Below, piece by piece: positions 39,061-50,479 of a DNA stretch of 64,000 nucleotides. The DNA lies in contig NW_003314264.1 of assembly GCF_000143415.4 (NCBI RefSeq), positions 2,799,710 through 2,863,709 on the forward strand. The letters run 5' to 3'. The DNA comes from Selaginella moellendorffii (lineage: Eukaryota > Plantae > Lycopodiophyta). A program made the translations under genes and the position numbers. Position 1 is the first letter of the stretch, and the number at the start of each line of letters is the position of its first letter. The notes under the pieces were generated by a model that saw nothing but the letters and a program-made list of their open reading frames with translations, searched no databases and was not told the origin of the DNA.

Positions 39061-39648
39061 TTTAAACATCCAAAGAGAACAACTTAAAAAACAATCCATA
39101 AAGTTCAAATATAGGGAGAAAGAGCATATGAATAAAAGTGCATTCTATTTTCCAATTGGTTAAAGGTTTTGGGATATTTGGGATTAAACATCCTTGGGTT
39201 TAAAAATATTGGATTAAGTGACCGCCTAGAAAGTTTAAATTTATGAGTTTACATTTGGTATCAATGAGGTCTCGAGTTCAATTTTATTTATTAGCTAGAA
39301 GAATCACACTATATATTAAAATTAATATTTTACAAGTATAGTTTGCCTTCAGTTGAGCTTAATTTGAAGGGTAGGGTGTGAAGAGAGTGGGGCCCTTAGG
39401 AGAGCTATGGCTTTCAACTTCTCTTTATGAGAGTGTGAATTTGCAAAGAAGCATAATGGATTATAAACAATCAAACAAAATAATTTAAAAGACAATCTAT
39501 GGGGTTTAAATATAAAGGGCAAGGGCCCATGAACAAAAGTGCACCCCTTTTTTCAATCTATTAAAGGTTTTGGGATATTTAAATGTCATTGGTTTAAATA
39601 GTATTAAATTTGGTGACCTTCATAAAAGTCTAAATTCAAAAGCTTATA
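39061..39648 (+). mobile_element. Cassandra-like TRIM (complete, decayed); LTRs ~39061-39253 and ~39462-39648
   Basis: Two ~190-nt direct repeats, PBS tggtatca at 39256, ~208-nt internal region; reverse-complement homolog of 43611-44204. Confidence 0.78.
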
Positions 39649-40375
39649 TGAACCCTTTGATGGTACTCTCAAAAGAAGTAAAAAGGTTATTAACTTATTT
39701 ATGTAAGGACCCTCAGTTATTTATGTGACTTCTTATTTCCAAAACAAATCTCTATGTCAAAACCTTCCCCTATAGCAATACTAATAGAATGTTGTTGATG
39801 CTAATACCTCCGCCTAAGAAAATAAAGCATGTCAATCTAGAAACTGTTGATAACACCAATATATGTGGCCAATCTCATCACATGCTTAACAGCAAATATT
39901 ATAGCTATATCCACATTCTCTCTTTAAAAAGATGTTAAAAAAGGGTGTTATTTGAATGTCTCGAAGTTTTTGGGTATATAAACTTTATGTTGTGACAAAG
40001 CAATCACGAACAAACAGTAAGTAACTCGAAAGTGCTTTTCCATTACGACAAACCTGCTTCATGCATGCTTGAAGACATCTAAGGGAATGCTCCAATTTAC
40101 AAGAGTGGGTGTATACAAACCATTGTACCATTGCAATGATATCCCTTAGAGACACATGGGAAATTTATATAGACAATGAGCATCACAAAGGACATCATGG
40201 GAAAGTCATACAAATGCTAAGTATCATCATAAGAATGAAAAGTGGCAATCACTATGAAGTGATTAAACTAATAGTACATATCATCCCCAAGATTCCTATG
40301 CAAAAACTTTGGCTTAATGTGAGGATTGCCAATAAGAACAAGAAGAGCTATACCATATGCTATGAATGCCACTAT

Positions 40376-40569
40376 TGTAAACTCCTAAATTTAGACTTCT
40401 TAAGAAATTACTTAACTTAATATTATTCAAACCCAAAGACACTTAACTCCAAGTATCTCAAAATCCATAACCGATTGAAAAAAAGGATGCACTTTTGTTC
40501 ATAACCCTTTTCTCTCTATATTTGAACTTTATGGATTGCCTCTCAAGTTATTCCCTTTACTTGATTATA
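40376..40569 (-). mobile_element. Solo LTR of the Cassandra-like TRIM
   Basis: Full-length 194-nt match to 43611-43804, inserted at the gag start of gypsy copy B. Confidence 0.75.
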
Positions 40570-41528
40570 TCATCGATTGAGTATAACTAGTTAGTTGCAA
40601 TTACATAGCATCAAGCAACTACACTAACTATTGCTCTAGAGTCAAAAGAAAAGGCTTCTACTCTACCATGAAGATAAACAAAAATAAGAGAAATAAAAGC
40701 AAAGAAAAGTAAAAGCTATGACATCTAGACAATGCAAAACTTAAATCTAAACTAGCAACTCAAATCCAAGCACTCCTTAATAACAATCAAAGTTGCCCCT
40801 CACCTCCACTAATATGAGTGTATGGAATATAAAAATGAAATATATAAATATATATATTAATTAGCCCAAAAGCCCTAGTGTATATACAAGAGTGAGTGGT
40901 TTGGATTTAAATGAATTTGATGTCTATTAAAATCTAATTACACTGATTTATCATAACCTATAACTTTTTAATAAATATTATATATGGTAGTAAATTTTTA
41001 GATTGATTTATTCTCATCAATACTGAAAACAAAAGTCCATAATAAATTTTTGATGGTATAATCATGAATATAAATAAAAAAAAAATTATTTTGTTAAAAT
41101 ATTATTAACAGTTAAAAATTATTTCTTCCTATATATCATTCAGAAACATATTTTAACTAATTACTTTTATAATTTAGTTATCATATAAGTTATATTAAAT
41201 ATATTTTCAAAATAGATTTACTTTAAATTTTATTTAACTTTATATTTAGTCCTTATTATAAACCTTACACTAGGAAGAATTGATATTTTAGAATTTTATG
41301 ATTTAAAATAAATTATTATGAGTTAATTTCAATCTAATGCAATATTTTGTGGAAACAATTTCCTCTCTCATTGTCTTCAATACTGATATAGTTTTATTTT
41401 ATGTACTTTGGGATAGTATTATTACATAAGCATCATATTAAGAGAATATATCTTGGAAAATAATTAATAATACTGCAATTTCAATTTAGACTTAAAGTTT
41501 AAATACTATGAAATGTTTAAATTAAATA

Positions 41529-44500
41529 TATAAGTGTATAGAATATGGAAAGGAAATATAAAAATGTACATATCAATTATCTTACAAATTCTAGCTTATA
41601 TACAGGAGTAAGTGGTCTGGATTGAAGGCAATCCAATGGCTATAGAAATCCCAGTATGCTAATTTTAGTGTATTAATTTATAGCATCATACCAATACATT
41701 TGGACTTCACATCATCCCTTCCTTTCTAAAGGTTAAAATGTAATTAAAGTTCTCTAGTTGACAAGTTAAAATCTAGAGGAACTTTAGGAGGAGACATCAA
41801 TGAATATATAAGTGGTGTTAGTTGTTCTAGATTTCTTTATAAGAAGTGTTTTAGCTATTGAATATACATAATTTCTGGAGGATTGGTTTGTTAAGTGTTA
41901 TATTAAACTTTATAAACTTGCAATTCAACTTGTTGTAACACCTAATATAGTCCTTTCCATTGAGTAAGGAGATTATTAAATAAACTTCATATCATAATAT
42001 TGTAAACCTAAACTAACACTAAGTCATTTATTCTGTACTTTATAGGTGGATGATGAGAGGAGTTGTATTGCCATTATTGTCCCATTTGTATATAGTTCAA
42101 ATGTTTAATAGACTTTTCTTAGACTAGTGGAATAATGTTCATTAAATATTAATCCCAATATCTAACATCAACAACTTATGACAATTATGAAGATAAACTC
42201 AACTCCATTGGTAGTATTAGATCATAACCATATAGAAGTTTATATGGTGAAGCACTAATAGAACTTTGTACCCTTGTGACATATATATACGAAAAAAGAC
42301 GGTAAATAACAATCCCAATCCGAATACTGAAAGTTTACCTACTTCTCAATGATCCCTTTAAAGGTTTACAAAATTTATTTCACTAAACTATAGATGATAA
42401 GCACTTGTGAAATTGTGGCATATCCTCAACTGATATGTTAAAACATAAAATGCTTCAGCTATAAATGCAAAACCATTATTGGAGAGAATCCGCTCTAGAT
42501 AGGATGCTGGGACACCACTCAATTGAGAAGAAACTACCTAATAGCAATTGCTGACGTACTAACAAAAGTATTAATTTCCACCTAGTGAGTTAACTAATTA
42601 AAGGCAATAATGACATACTCATTGCTAGCAATTGACCATGGAATAAGCCCCATCAAATTAAACACCACTAACTCAGAAATTACAATTAACTCTAACTATT
42701 CTTTTGCAACAGGAGGGGCAATATTATAAGTTTGGTACCAAACACAATTACATATATATTAAATAACATTATATTGCATCTCTAGTTAATAGAAAGACCT
42801 AGATAACTTCTTAGTCACACACCGATGTCCTATATGCCCGCCTAAAATAGGAGAGTCATAACAAGCATGGAAAAAGCATAAAATAAAATCAATGTACCAC
42901 TAGCCATAAATAATTATTAGGATCATTCACAACAAATAAAGAAGATAATCCTTAAGGTGATATTGAGAATGTAAATACTAAAATTGTAAGTCATCAACAA
43001 GTGATATAGGATCCTTAAACCCCTCACGAAATCTTCATATTCATGGTTTAAACTTTTGAGCTTCACAAAACTTGTCAAGAGAATGTAAATTTTGCATTAT
43101 ACTTTGTGGACATTGAACATCAAGTATAACAACTGCTGACAGCATAGAATCCTCATTCAAAAAATCCATAAATGTTGAAACAATTGATTCATCATAAATA
43201 TGAGCAGAGAGTGAAGAAAGAAAGGAGCTCAAGAACTCCTTGGGTGATGAACAACTTCAAAATCATATATCTAAAACTTTAAAAGCTGCTAAAAAATATG
43301 ACAAACCAAGTTCTTTTGCTTCAATAATAAAGTAACCAAAGTATGATCACCTTCTAATAATGTTTGAAACCCATGCAAATACGCATGAAACTTTTTGAAA
43401 CCCTAAATTGCTACTATACACTCTTCTATTGTGGAATAGTTCACTTCCACTGGTTGTAATGTACAATGGATGTATACAATGGGATAACATTGACTAAACA
43501 CATTCATACATTTTTGCATTAAGACACCCCGAATATTGATATCAAAGCATCCATATGCAAAATGAAAGTTTAAGTATAGTCAAAATATGCCAAAACCAAA
43601 AGCATCATCATGTAAGCTCCTGAATTTGGACTTCCTGGGAGGTCACCCAGCTCAATACTATTCAAACCCAAAAACAATTAACCCCAACTATCCCAAGACC
43701 TTTAATCAATTAGAAAAGGGGGTGTACACTTTTTCATGGGCCTTCTCCCTATATATTTGAACCCTATGGATTGTCTTTCAAGTCATTCCTTTTACTTGTT
43801 TACAATTCACCATGCTTCCCTACAAGTTCATGTCTTTGTGAACAGAAGCTGAGAGTTGCAGCTCTCTCAAGAGCTACGCTCTCTTGACACCCTATCCTTC
43901 GGGTTGAGCTCAGCGAGAACAAATTGAACCAGCCAGATGTCAATCAATATGTGGTGTAATTCCCTTAAGCCAACCAACAAAGTCTGACCCAAAACCCCTC
44001 TGATATCAAATGTAACCTTCTAAATTTAGATTTCCCAGGAGGTCACCCAACCCAATACCATTCAAACCCAAGAATGTTTAACCCCAATTATCCCAAAACC
44101 CTTAATCTATTGAAAAAGGGGGTGCACTCTTTTTCATGGGTGTTTTCCTTCTATATTTAAACCCCATGGATCATCTTTTGAGTCATTCCTTTTAGTTGCT
44201 TATATGTCAATAACTCTTTAAAATCCATAAATACTTATTTGCAGTCCTTAGACCAAACAAAAAATGATGTTAACAACTTCAGCAATGCTTATAATGGTGT
44301 AGTGTAATAAAAAAGATGATCAACAAAATGACTAAGATACTACACTTTTCTTAAGAAGTGTTGCATATCATTCACATTTCAGAGTAGGGAACTTTTGAAT
44401 AGCCACAAGTTTATTACGATCAACTTGCAAACCCTCACAAGAAATATAGTACTCAAGATATATCATGTTCTTTGACATGTTTATATATCATGTCAAACAC

Positions 44501-47175
44501 GCACTTCGACCACTTCAACTTTAAACCAACTTTCCACAACCAATTCAACACCTTCTAAACATTATGGATGTGCTCCTTCCATGTCCCTTCCGAATGGATC
44601 AAGATATCATTAATGAAGGTAACAGTCACCTCTGGCATATCATAAAGAACCTCATCTATCATCTATTAAAAAGTTTCTAAAACATTGTTCAAACCAAATA
44701 GCATCATTAAAAATTTGTAGAAATTAAATGGTGTATGAAAAATAGTTTTGAGAACATCTTTTTTAGTTATTGAAATTTGCCAATACCAAGAAGTAAGATC
44801 TAAGTGAAGTAACAACTTCTCCCTAGACAATCTAGATAATTAACATTATAAGAAAAAGGATACACATCTAGGATAGTCACTTTGTTTGATAGTTGATAGT
44901 CAATGTAAACATAAATACTCCTATAAAACTTTGTGACAAATGAGATTCACACATTTAAGGACTTTACGACTTTCGAATAACACCCTTCTTTAACATTTCC
45001 TTGATGTTTGTATGTAAAATCTTGATCTTGATATGCAACTAATGATGAAAAAAAAATTTGATTGAACGAGCATCCCTAGTTGGAATAGAATGATATGTTG
45101 CAATTTTGGCCCTAGATAACATATCAAATTCAAATAGATCAGCATACTTTTTCATGAGCCAATCAACCACTGAATATAAAGGCTATCAAATGGATCTGAA
45201 GACAACATAGGAGGAAGTAATGAAAAGACAAAAGTGATGGAAGCAAAAGTAAAAGCATAAGGAGGAAGAAGAACAAAATTGAGAGGAATTAAAGCAATAT
45301 AAGAAAGTATGAGATAAGGGGGAGATACATCAAAGTTACACTTAACCCTAGATGACATGCCAAATTCAAATAAATCAACACACTCTTTTATGAGCTAGTC
45401 AACCATTGCAATATAAAAACTGTTAGATGGATCTAAAGAGGGAATAAAAGAGCAAGATAGAAATATAAAAAGAAGTAGTGGGAAATAAAAGTGATGGAAG
45501 TAAAAGTAAAAGCATAAAGACGAAAAGGAAAAGAAGTGAGAGGAATAAAAGAAATATAAAAAAGTATAAAACAAATAAGAAAAACCTCAAAGTCATACTT
45601 GGTATGAATGTGCTGCAACCACTAAGGATGAAGTCAAAGTTTTGGCTCAACACCATATGCAATGATTAAAGCTCAAGTTTGAGATTGCCCATACATACAA
45701 CTAAGTCCTCCTTATCTTTTGCACATGCATGTGTACAGCTATTGCTATAAAGAATGAAAATTATCTCTATTACACAATACAAATATAGATAATAACATAT
45801 AGCAATAGGCCGAACAATAGAAGATAAACTTGAGTTTGTATCAACTAACATAAAGAGAATAATAGAAAATCTCTTATTATAAAAACAAACTTGGAATATA
45901 AACAATGGATGAACTAATGCTAAATGAACCTCTTGATGATACTCCCAAATAAGGATGGTGATTTATTTGTGCAAGGACCCTCTATTACTCATATGACTCT
46001 GTGTTTCCCAAAAGAATTTTAGTGTTTAAACCTTCCACCACAACACTAACAGAATATTAACACTAAGCCCTCCACTCAAGAAATAGAAGATGCCAATCTA
46101 AAAAACTCTAACAACACTAATATATGTGGCCAACTTCATCATATTCTTAGCAATTGACATCATAGCTATGACCACATCCTCACCCCTATCCTTGAACACA
46201 AACAACAACAACCCCCATTGAAATAGAACCATCTCCCTATAAAATGGAACTAAAAGATGTGTAGTGAGAAGTGGAAAAAGTGATGTCTCATAATGTTGTA
46301 TCAGTCAAAAAGCATTATCAAGGGTGATTAAAGTAAATACAGGCACAAGTCCTATAAAATTTTGATGAAATGATAACCATAACATTAGTAATTTGATCTA
46401 CTTTTGCTCTACATGAATTAAAAGGCTCGGAAGCAAATGCCAAATTGCATCATTAATTTAGATGGCTCTTAATGAAATATTGTTGTTGAAAGGCATCATC
46501 ACAGTCATTAGCATGTCCAAATGCATACTTGAAGATATTTGGCTAATCCACATAAGTGGCTGTACTTAAACCATTATAAGTATATAAGAAATTCATACAA
46601 ATTCTGAGCATCATCCCAAAAATAATAGGTAGTAATCACTATAAAGTGATTAAATCAATAATACACATCCCCAGGATTCACATAGAAAACTCCCATTAGA
46701 TGCAAGGATTGGCAACAAGAGCAAGAAGAGTTGTACCATGTGTTGTGAATGCTGCCAACAATTGAATTTAATTGTTCAACTACAATCAAATAACATTGAA
46801 CAACAATACTAAGAATAATAGGAGGAAGAGGTTATTGCTTTGCCATAAAGATAAACAAAAAAAACATAAAAGTAAAAGAGAAAAAATTGAAAAATCTATA
46901 AGGAAAATGAAATTTAGACAATACAAAAATTAAATCTAAACCAAATCCTAAATTCAATCACTCCTCAGAAACAACTAAAATTACTTTTCATCTCCACTAA
47001 TGTGAATGCATACAATATGGAAAGAGAATACAAAAATATGCATATCAATTAGCCCAAAAGCCTAGTTTATATATAATAATGAATGGTCTAGATTAAAACT
47101 AATCCAACAGGTATCAAAATCTCACTATGCTAATCTTAGTTAACAGCCATTAATATTAGTATATGGCATTGTACA
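41529..47175 (-). mobile_element. Decayed Ty3/gypsy copy C (same family); LTRs ~41529-41711 and 47001-~47175
   Basis: Collinear with copy A across integrase, RNase H, RT, protease and gag; PPT catcccttcctttc; PBS remnant tcatctccact; internal partial duplication ~45120-45620. Confidence 0.82.
43611..44204 (-). mobile_element. Cassandra-like TRIM, 594 nt; LTRs 43611-43804 and 44011-44204 containing 5S rRNA-like A/C-box sequence
   Basis: 194-nt LTRs, 206-nt internal region, PBS-like (minus) tgatatcagag, degenerate TSD catca/tgtca; minus strand of ~44029-44082 reads GTTAAACATTCTTGGGTTTGAATGGTATTGGGTTGGGTGACCTCCTGGGAAATC. Confidence 0.85.
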
Positions 47176-47689
47176 GTTGGATCTCTCAAAAAGAAATTTA
47201 TTAAAGTTAAAAAATATTTATTTTTTATGGAAAATATATTTTGTTGATACTTTTAAATGTATTATTATTTTGTGCAGCACCAATTTTGAGCGGCAGTTTC
47301 TACAGAGCCATCTTGACTCGGAGCATGAAACTTTCCATCAAGGCAGCACCTTGCCATAAACACTGACCAATGTAGCAGAAAAGGGATCACCAAACCGACA
47401 TAGAAATGAAGTTGGGTGTGTATAGAGGATTTGAGCCAAGAGACTCTCTGCCTTGCTCCAGAGCTGAGCCCACGCAAATCAGGAGAGAGGCTCCCCAGAG
47501 CAGAAAGTTGGCTTTGTCCACCATGGTTTTTTCTTCATGTCTTTCTGGAGAGGAGGGGTCTCGATTGGGCCACAGTTGTAGTTTTCTGCATTTACGAAAA
47601 ATTGCAAAAGTGGCAGTCGTTGTTTGTCATACTATCTTTCGAATCCAGGTTTCAGCAGGGCTACATACACTACTCAAGCATTGCCTGAC

Positions 47690-47978
47690 TTGACACTTTC
47701 CACTGCTCTAAAGCTCCTTTCCTTGAATGAATCAGCATCTGGGCTTCTGGAGGAAGCTCCTAACAGACTCCTCCATCCCTCCGAGTTTGGCTCATATGGC
47801 ATCGATCAATGAGCTCCTGTGCCATGCCAAAGTAGCCACCCCAGATCAACCATGCAAATTGTACTGTTGTATGTGAATATTGTAGTCCTGAATCATCTAC
47901 TGGAAGTAACACCGTCCAGAGTAAACATCTCCCTTGTGGCTAGCCGCATGAGATTATCGCTCACGTAAAAGAAAACTC
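47690..47978 (-). pseudogene. 3' fragment of a PPR gene, duplicated from 31310-31607
   Basis: Near-identical to the end of the 616-aa PPR (ttgacactttccactgctc..ccttgaatgaatcagcatc..cagagtaaac) with indels. Confidence 0.85.
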
Positions 47979-48035
47979 AATGGTAAACGAAAGTCAAATC
48001 TCATCAAAGTTGGCCTTTTTATTTAGCGAGACCTT

Positions 48036-50019
48036 CTAATGCTCGACCACGATCTCTTCAACTCTTTCCTACATCTCCTAAAGATGCTATCGTATAACAC
48101 ATCGAAGTGAATCCCAGCTCTATCTCTATTGACGATAAAATAGATGTGATCGGCCTCGAGGATGGTAAAATACCTGTATTAAGAGAAGTTTATGAGCACG
48201 GGAAATAGAAGCAAAGAATGAAGATCACAGTACCAAACTCCAGGTTGCAAAGCTTGGCCATCTTTAAAATCCGGTGCCAAAGGACAGTTCTTGTGAGAGT
48301 ATGGAAACCGGGGATAAAGCATGGATATGGTGTTCAATGCGCCGTCATTGTCTTGCCAATCTTCGTCCCTGCTCGAAACCGTGAGAAACTTGGCACAAAC
48401 AAGGAAGCACTTTGCTTTACCTGTAGCCTTCGTATGGGATATCCGGCAATGGATGCTTCCAACAGCTTATTTGCAGAGATCTTATCATCAGCAGCGGATG
48501 GATGTCAAGGAGCCTCGAAGGCACGATCCGTCCAAGGAGTTTTGTGGTCCTTTTCGTCGCATAGCTGATATAAGATTAGCAGGAAATGATGTAGTTCAGT
48601 TTTAGCAAGATCGAAGGAGCTGGATTTGCTTACCTGAAGTAGAATGTGTTCCTGTGAGTTCCCAAGTTGCTGTTGATCCCTACAGCGGACTGGATGCTTA
48701 GATCTGGAAGGATCCAGTCTCCGGTTGCAAATGGACCCGAATGACCAGCCAAGCACTTCACCAGGCCTCTGAGTCCAATCTTGTGCCACGGGAGTGTAAA
48801 GTGCTCGAAGCCAAAACCATAGTACTTTTTGAAGACAGGAATATCCAGCCACTCGTAGACAAGCACGGCTATCTTGAGAAGCTGTAGAAGAGACACCGTT
48901 TTCATTGTTTTCCCATCGAGGCTGCAAGAAGAAAATGTCAGATAAGCTGCATCAAAACTGTTGTCTGATTGTTGGCTTACTTGAGACCATCGATGTAGAC
49001 TCTGGTGGTGCCATTTAAAGCTCCAGATAGCGAAGTCAGGCTCAAGACCCAATCAGCAGTAGACTCGTTGTAACCTTCAAATTGCTGCAAAGTAATCCAG
49101 AGGAACGAAATAAAAAATTCAAAACACAAAACAACAAAAGACTAATGAATCACACCTTATCTGCAAGCATTTGTTGAAGAACACGAATAACCTGCGCACC
49201 AGTGGAGTGTCCCACGAAATGAATGGGGTGGCTTTCATCCCATTCAGGATAATGACCTGTGAAGTCAGAAGAAAAAAACTTTAGAGAAAGGATTTTCAAG
49301 TTGGCATTGCTGACCTTGGCCATAATTCTTGCCAAACTGTGAGTGTCCGTAGTGTTGGCTGTGCTCAAAGCCGTAGTCGACAATCCCACCTTTGAGATAA
49401 TAAAAGAGCTCACGAGCCCTGCGTGAAGGAAAAAAAGAGAGATCAAGTTCACGAAGAACACATCTTTCTTCACGAAGAACTTATGCGCAAGCTTACCTGT
49501 CATGGATGCTTGTCAGCGAACCAAGGTCCGGAACAAGCACTCTCTCGTCCTTCTCTTCCGCTCCAGCCCAGTAAGAAATGTTCCCAAGTTTCTAAAGAAC
49601 AAACAAAGAGATCATGAGAGGAAGCTACACAAAGAAAAGAAACTTACCCCTTTGCCAAATCCAAAGATCCCATGGACAAGAACAATGGGGGCCTTCTCGT
49701 GGCCGTCGAGAAATGTCCCGTGGTGCGTTGTGGCGCTGCTCTCCTGCGGCGATCCCTTGTTAGCCAAGAACATGTGAGTCTCTTCCTCCGATTCGTCCTC
49801 GGGCTGCAACGCCACAACCCTGGAAGCCCTGATTCGCCGCCGGAAGCTACTGCAGCATAGCTGGATCGCGTCACCTAGCAGCACCGTGCTCACGATCGTC
49901 ATCGCATACGTGAAATGTACCGCCACGCTCAGCCCCAGCTCGGCGAAGAGCCACCAGTAGTGGAAGAGACCGCGCATTATCAGCCAGCGGCGGCACGGCG
50001 ATGATCGGCCGCAAGCCAT
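48036..50019 (-). CDS. Alpha/beta-hydrolase lipase (similar to bacterial family I.5-type lipases), multi-exon
   Basis: PIVLVHGIFGFGKG, VPDLGSLTSIHDRARELFYYLKGG, HFVGHSTGAQ nucleophile elbow, SLSGALNGTT, DNDGALNTISM, EADHI; stop at 48036. Confidence 0.88.
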
Positions 50020-50479
50020 GACTAGAGAAATCGAGAATCCGGATGGCTGGATCGAGCGCGATCTAAGAGAGACGAGGGAGAGTGAATTTGCCCTAGCTAG
50101 TAGCGCGCATCCAATTCAGCCATCATTCAAGGGATTAGACACACCACGGCCTCGTTTTCGCGCGGTTTTTGTTGTGAGCTGGATTTTAAATTTTAACTGA
50201 GAATGGAATCGCGCGTTTTGACTTGGCAAAGGGATTAATGTTTTTATCTCTTTCATCGAAGACCATGGGTTGACCACGCACGACCGCTTGACAAAGTCAA
50301 GAGAAGGCTGACCATCGACTAGCAGCCTTTTACAACGACCTGGAAGTAAGAACTAGTATTGGAAGATCATACTCTTCCTGGACCTTGATCGACACAAAGG
50401 AAAGTATGATCTGCCAATGCAAGTATGATCAAGATCTTGTGAAGCAAAGGTACGTACCTTCGATTCGCTGAAGTTTGAA

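Larger units (their letters stand above)
36670..40960 (-). mobile_element. Highly decayed Ty3/gypsy copy B (same family as copy A), internally deleted; LTRs ~36670-36794 and ~40813-40960
   Basis: Collinear similarity to 8093-12200 and 19977-20795; PBS remnant gcccctcacctccact before the right LTR; ends approximate. Confidence 0.75.

Noticed and set aside
44028-44082. Functional 5S rRNA gene
   Set aside because: Only the ~54-nt internal promoter region is present, embedded in a TRIM LTR; the 5' part of 5S is absent
47177-47693. Short ORFs after the TE block
   Set aside because: No recognisable homology or consistent splice structure
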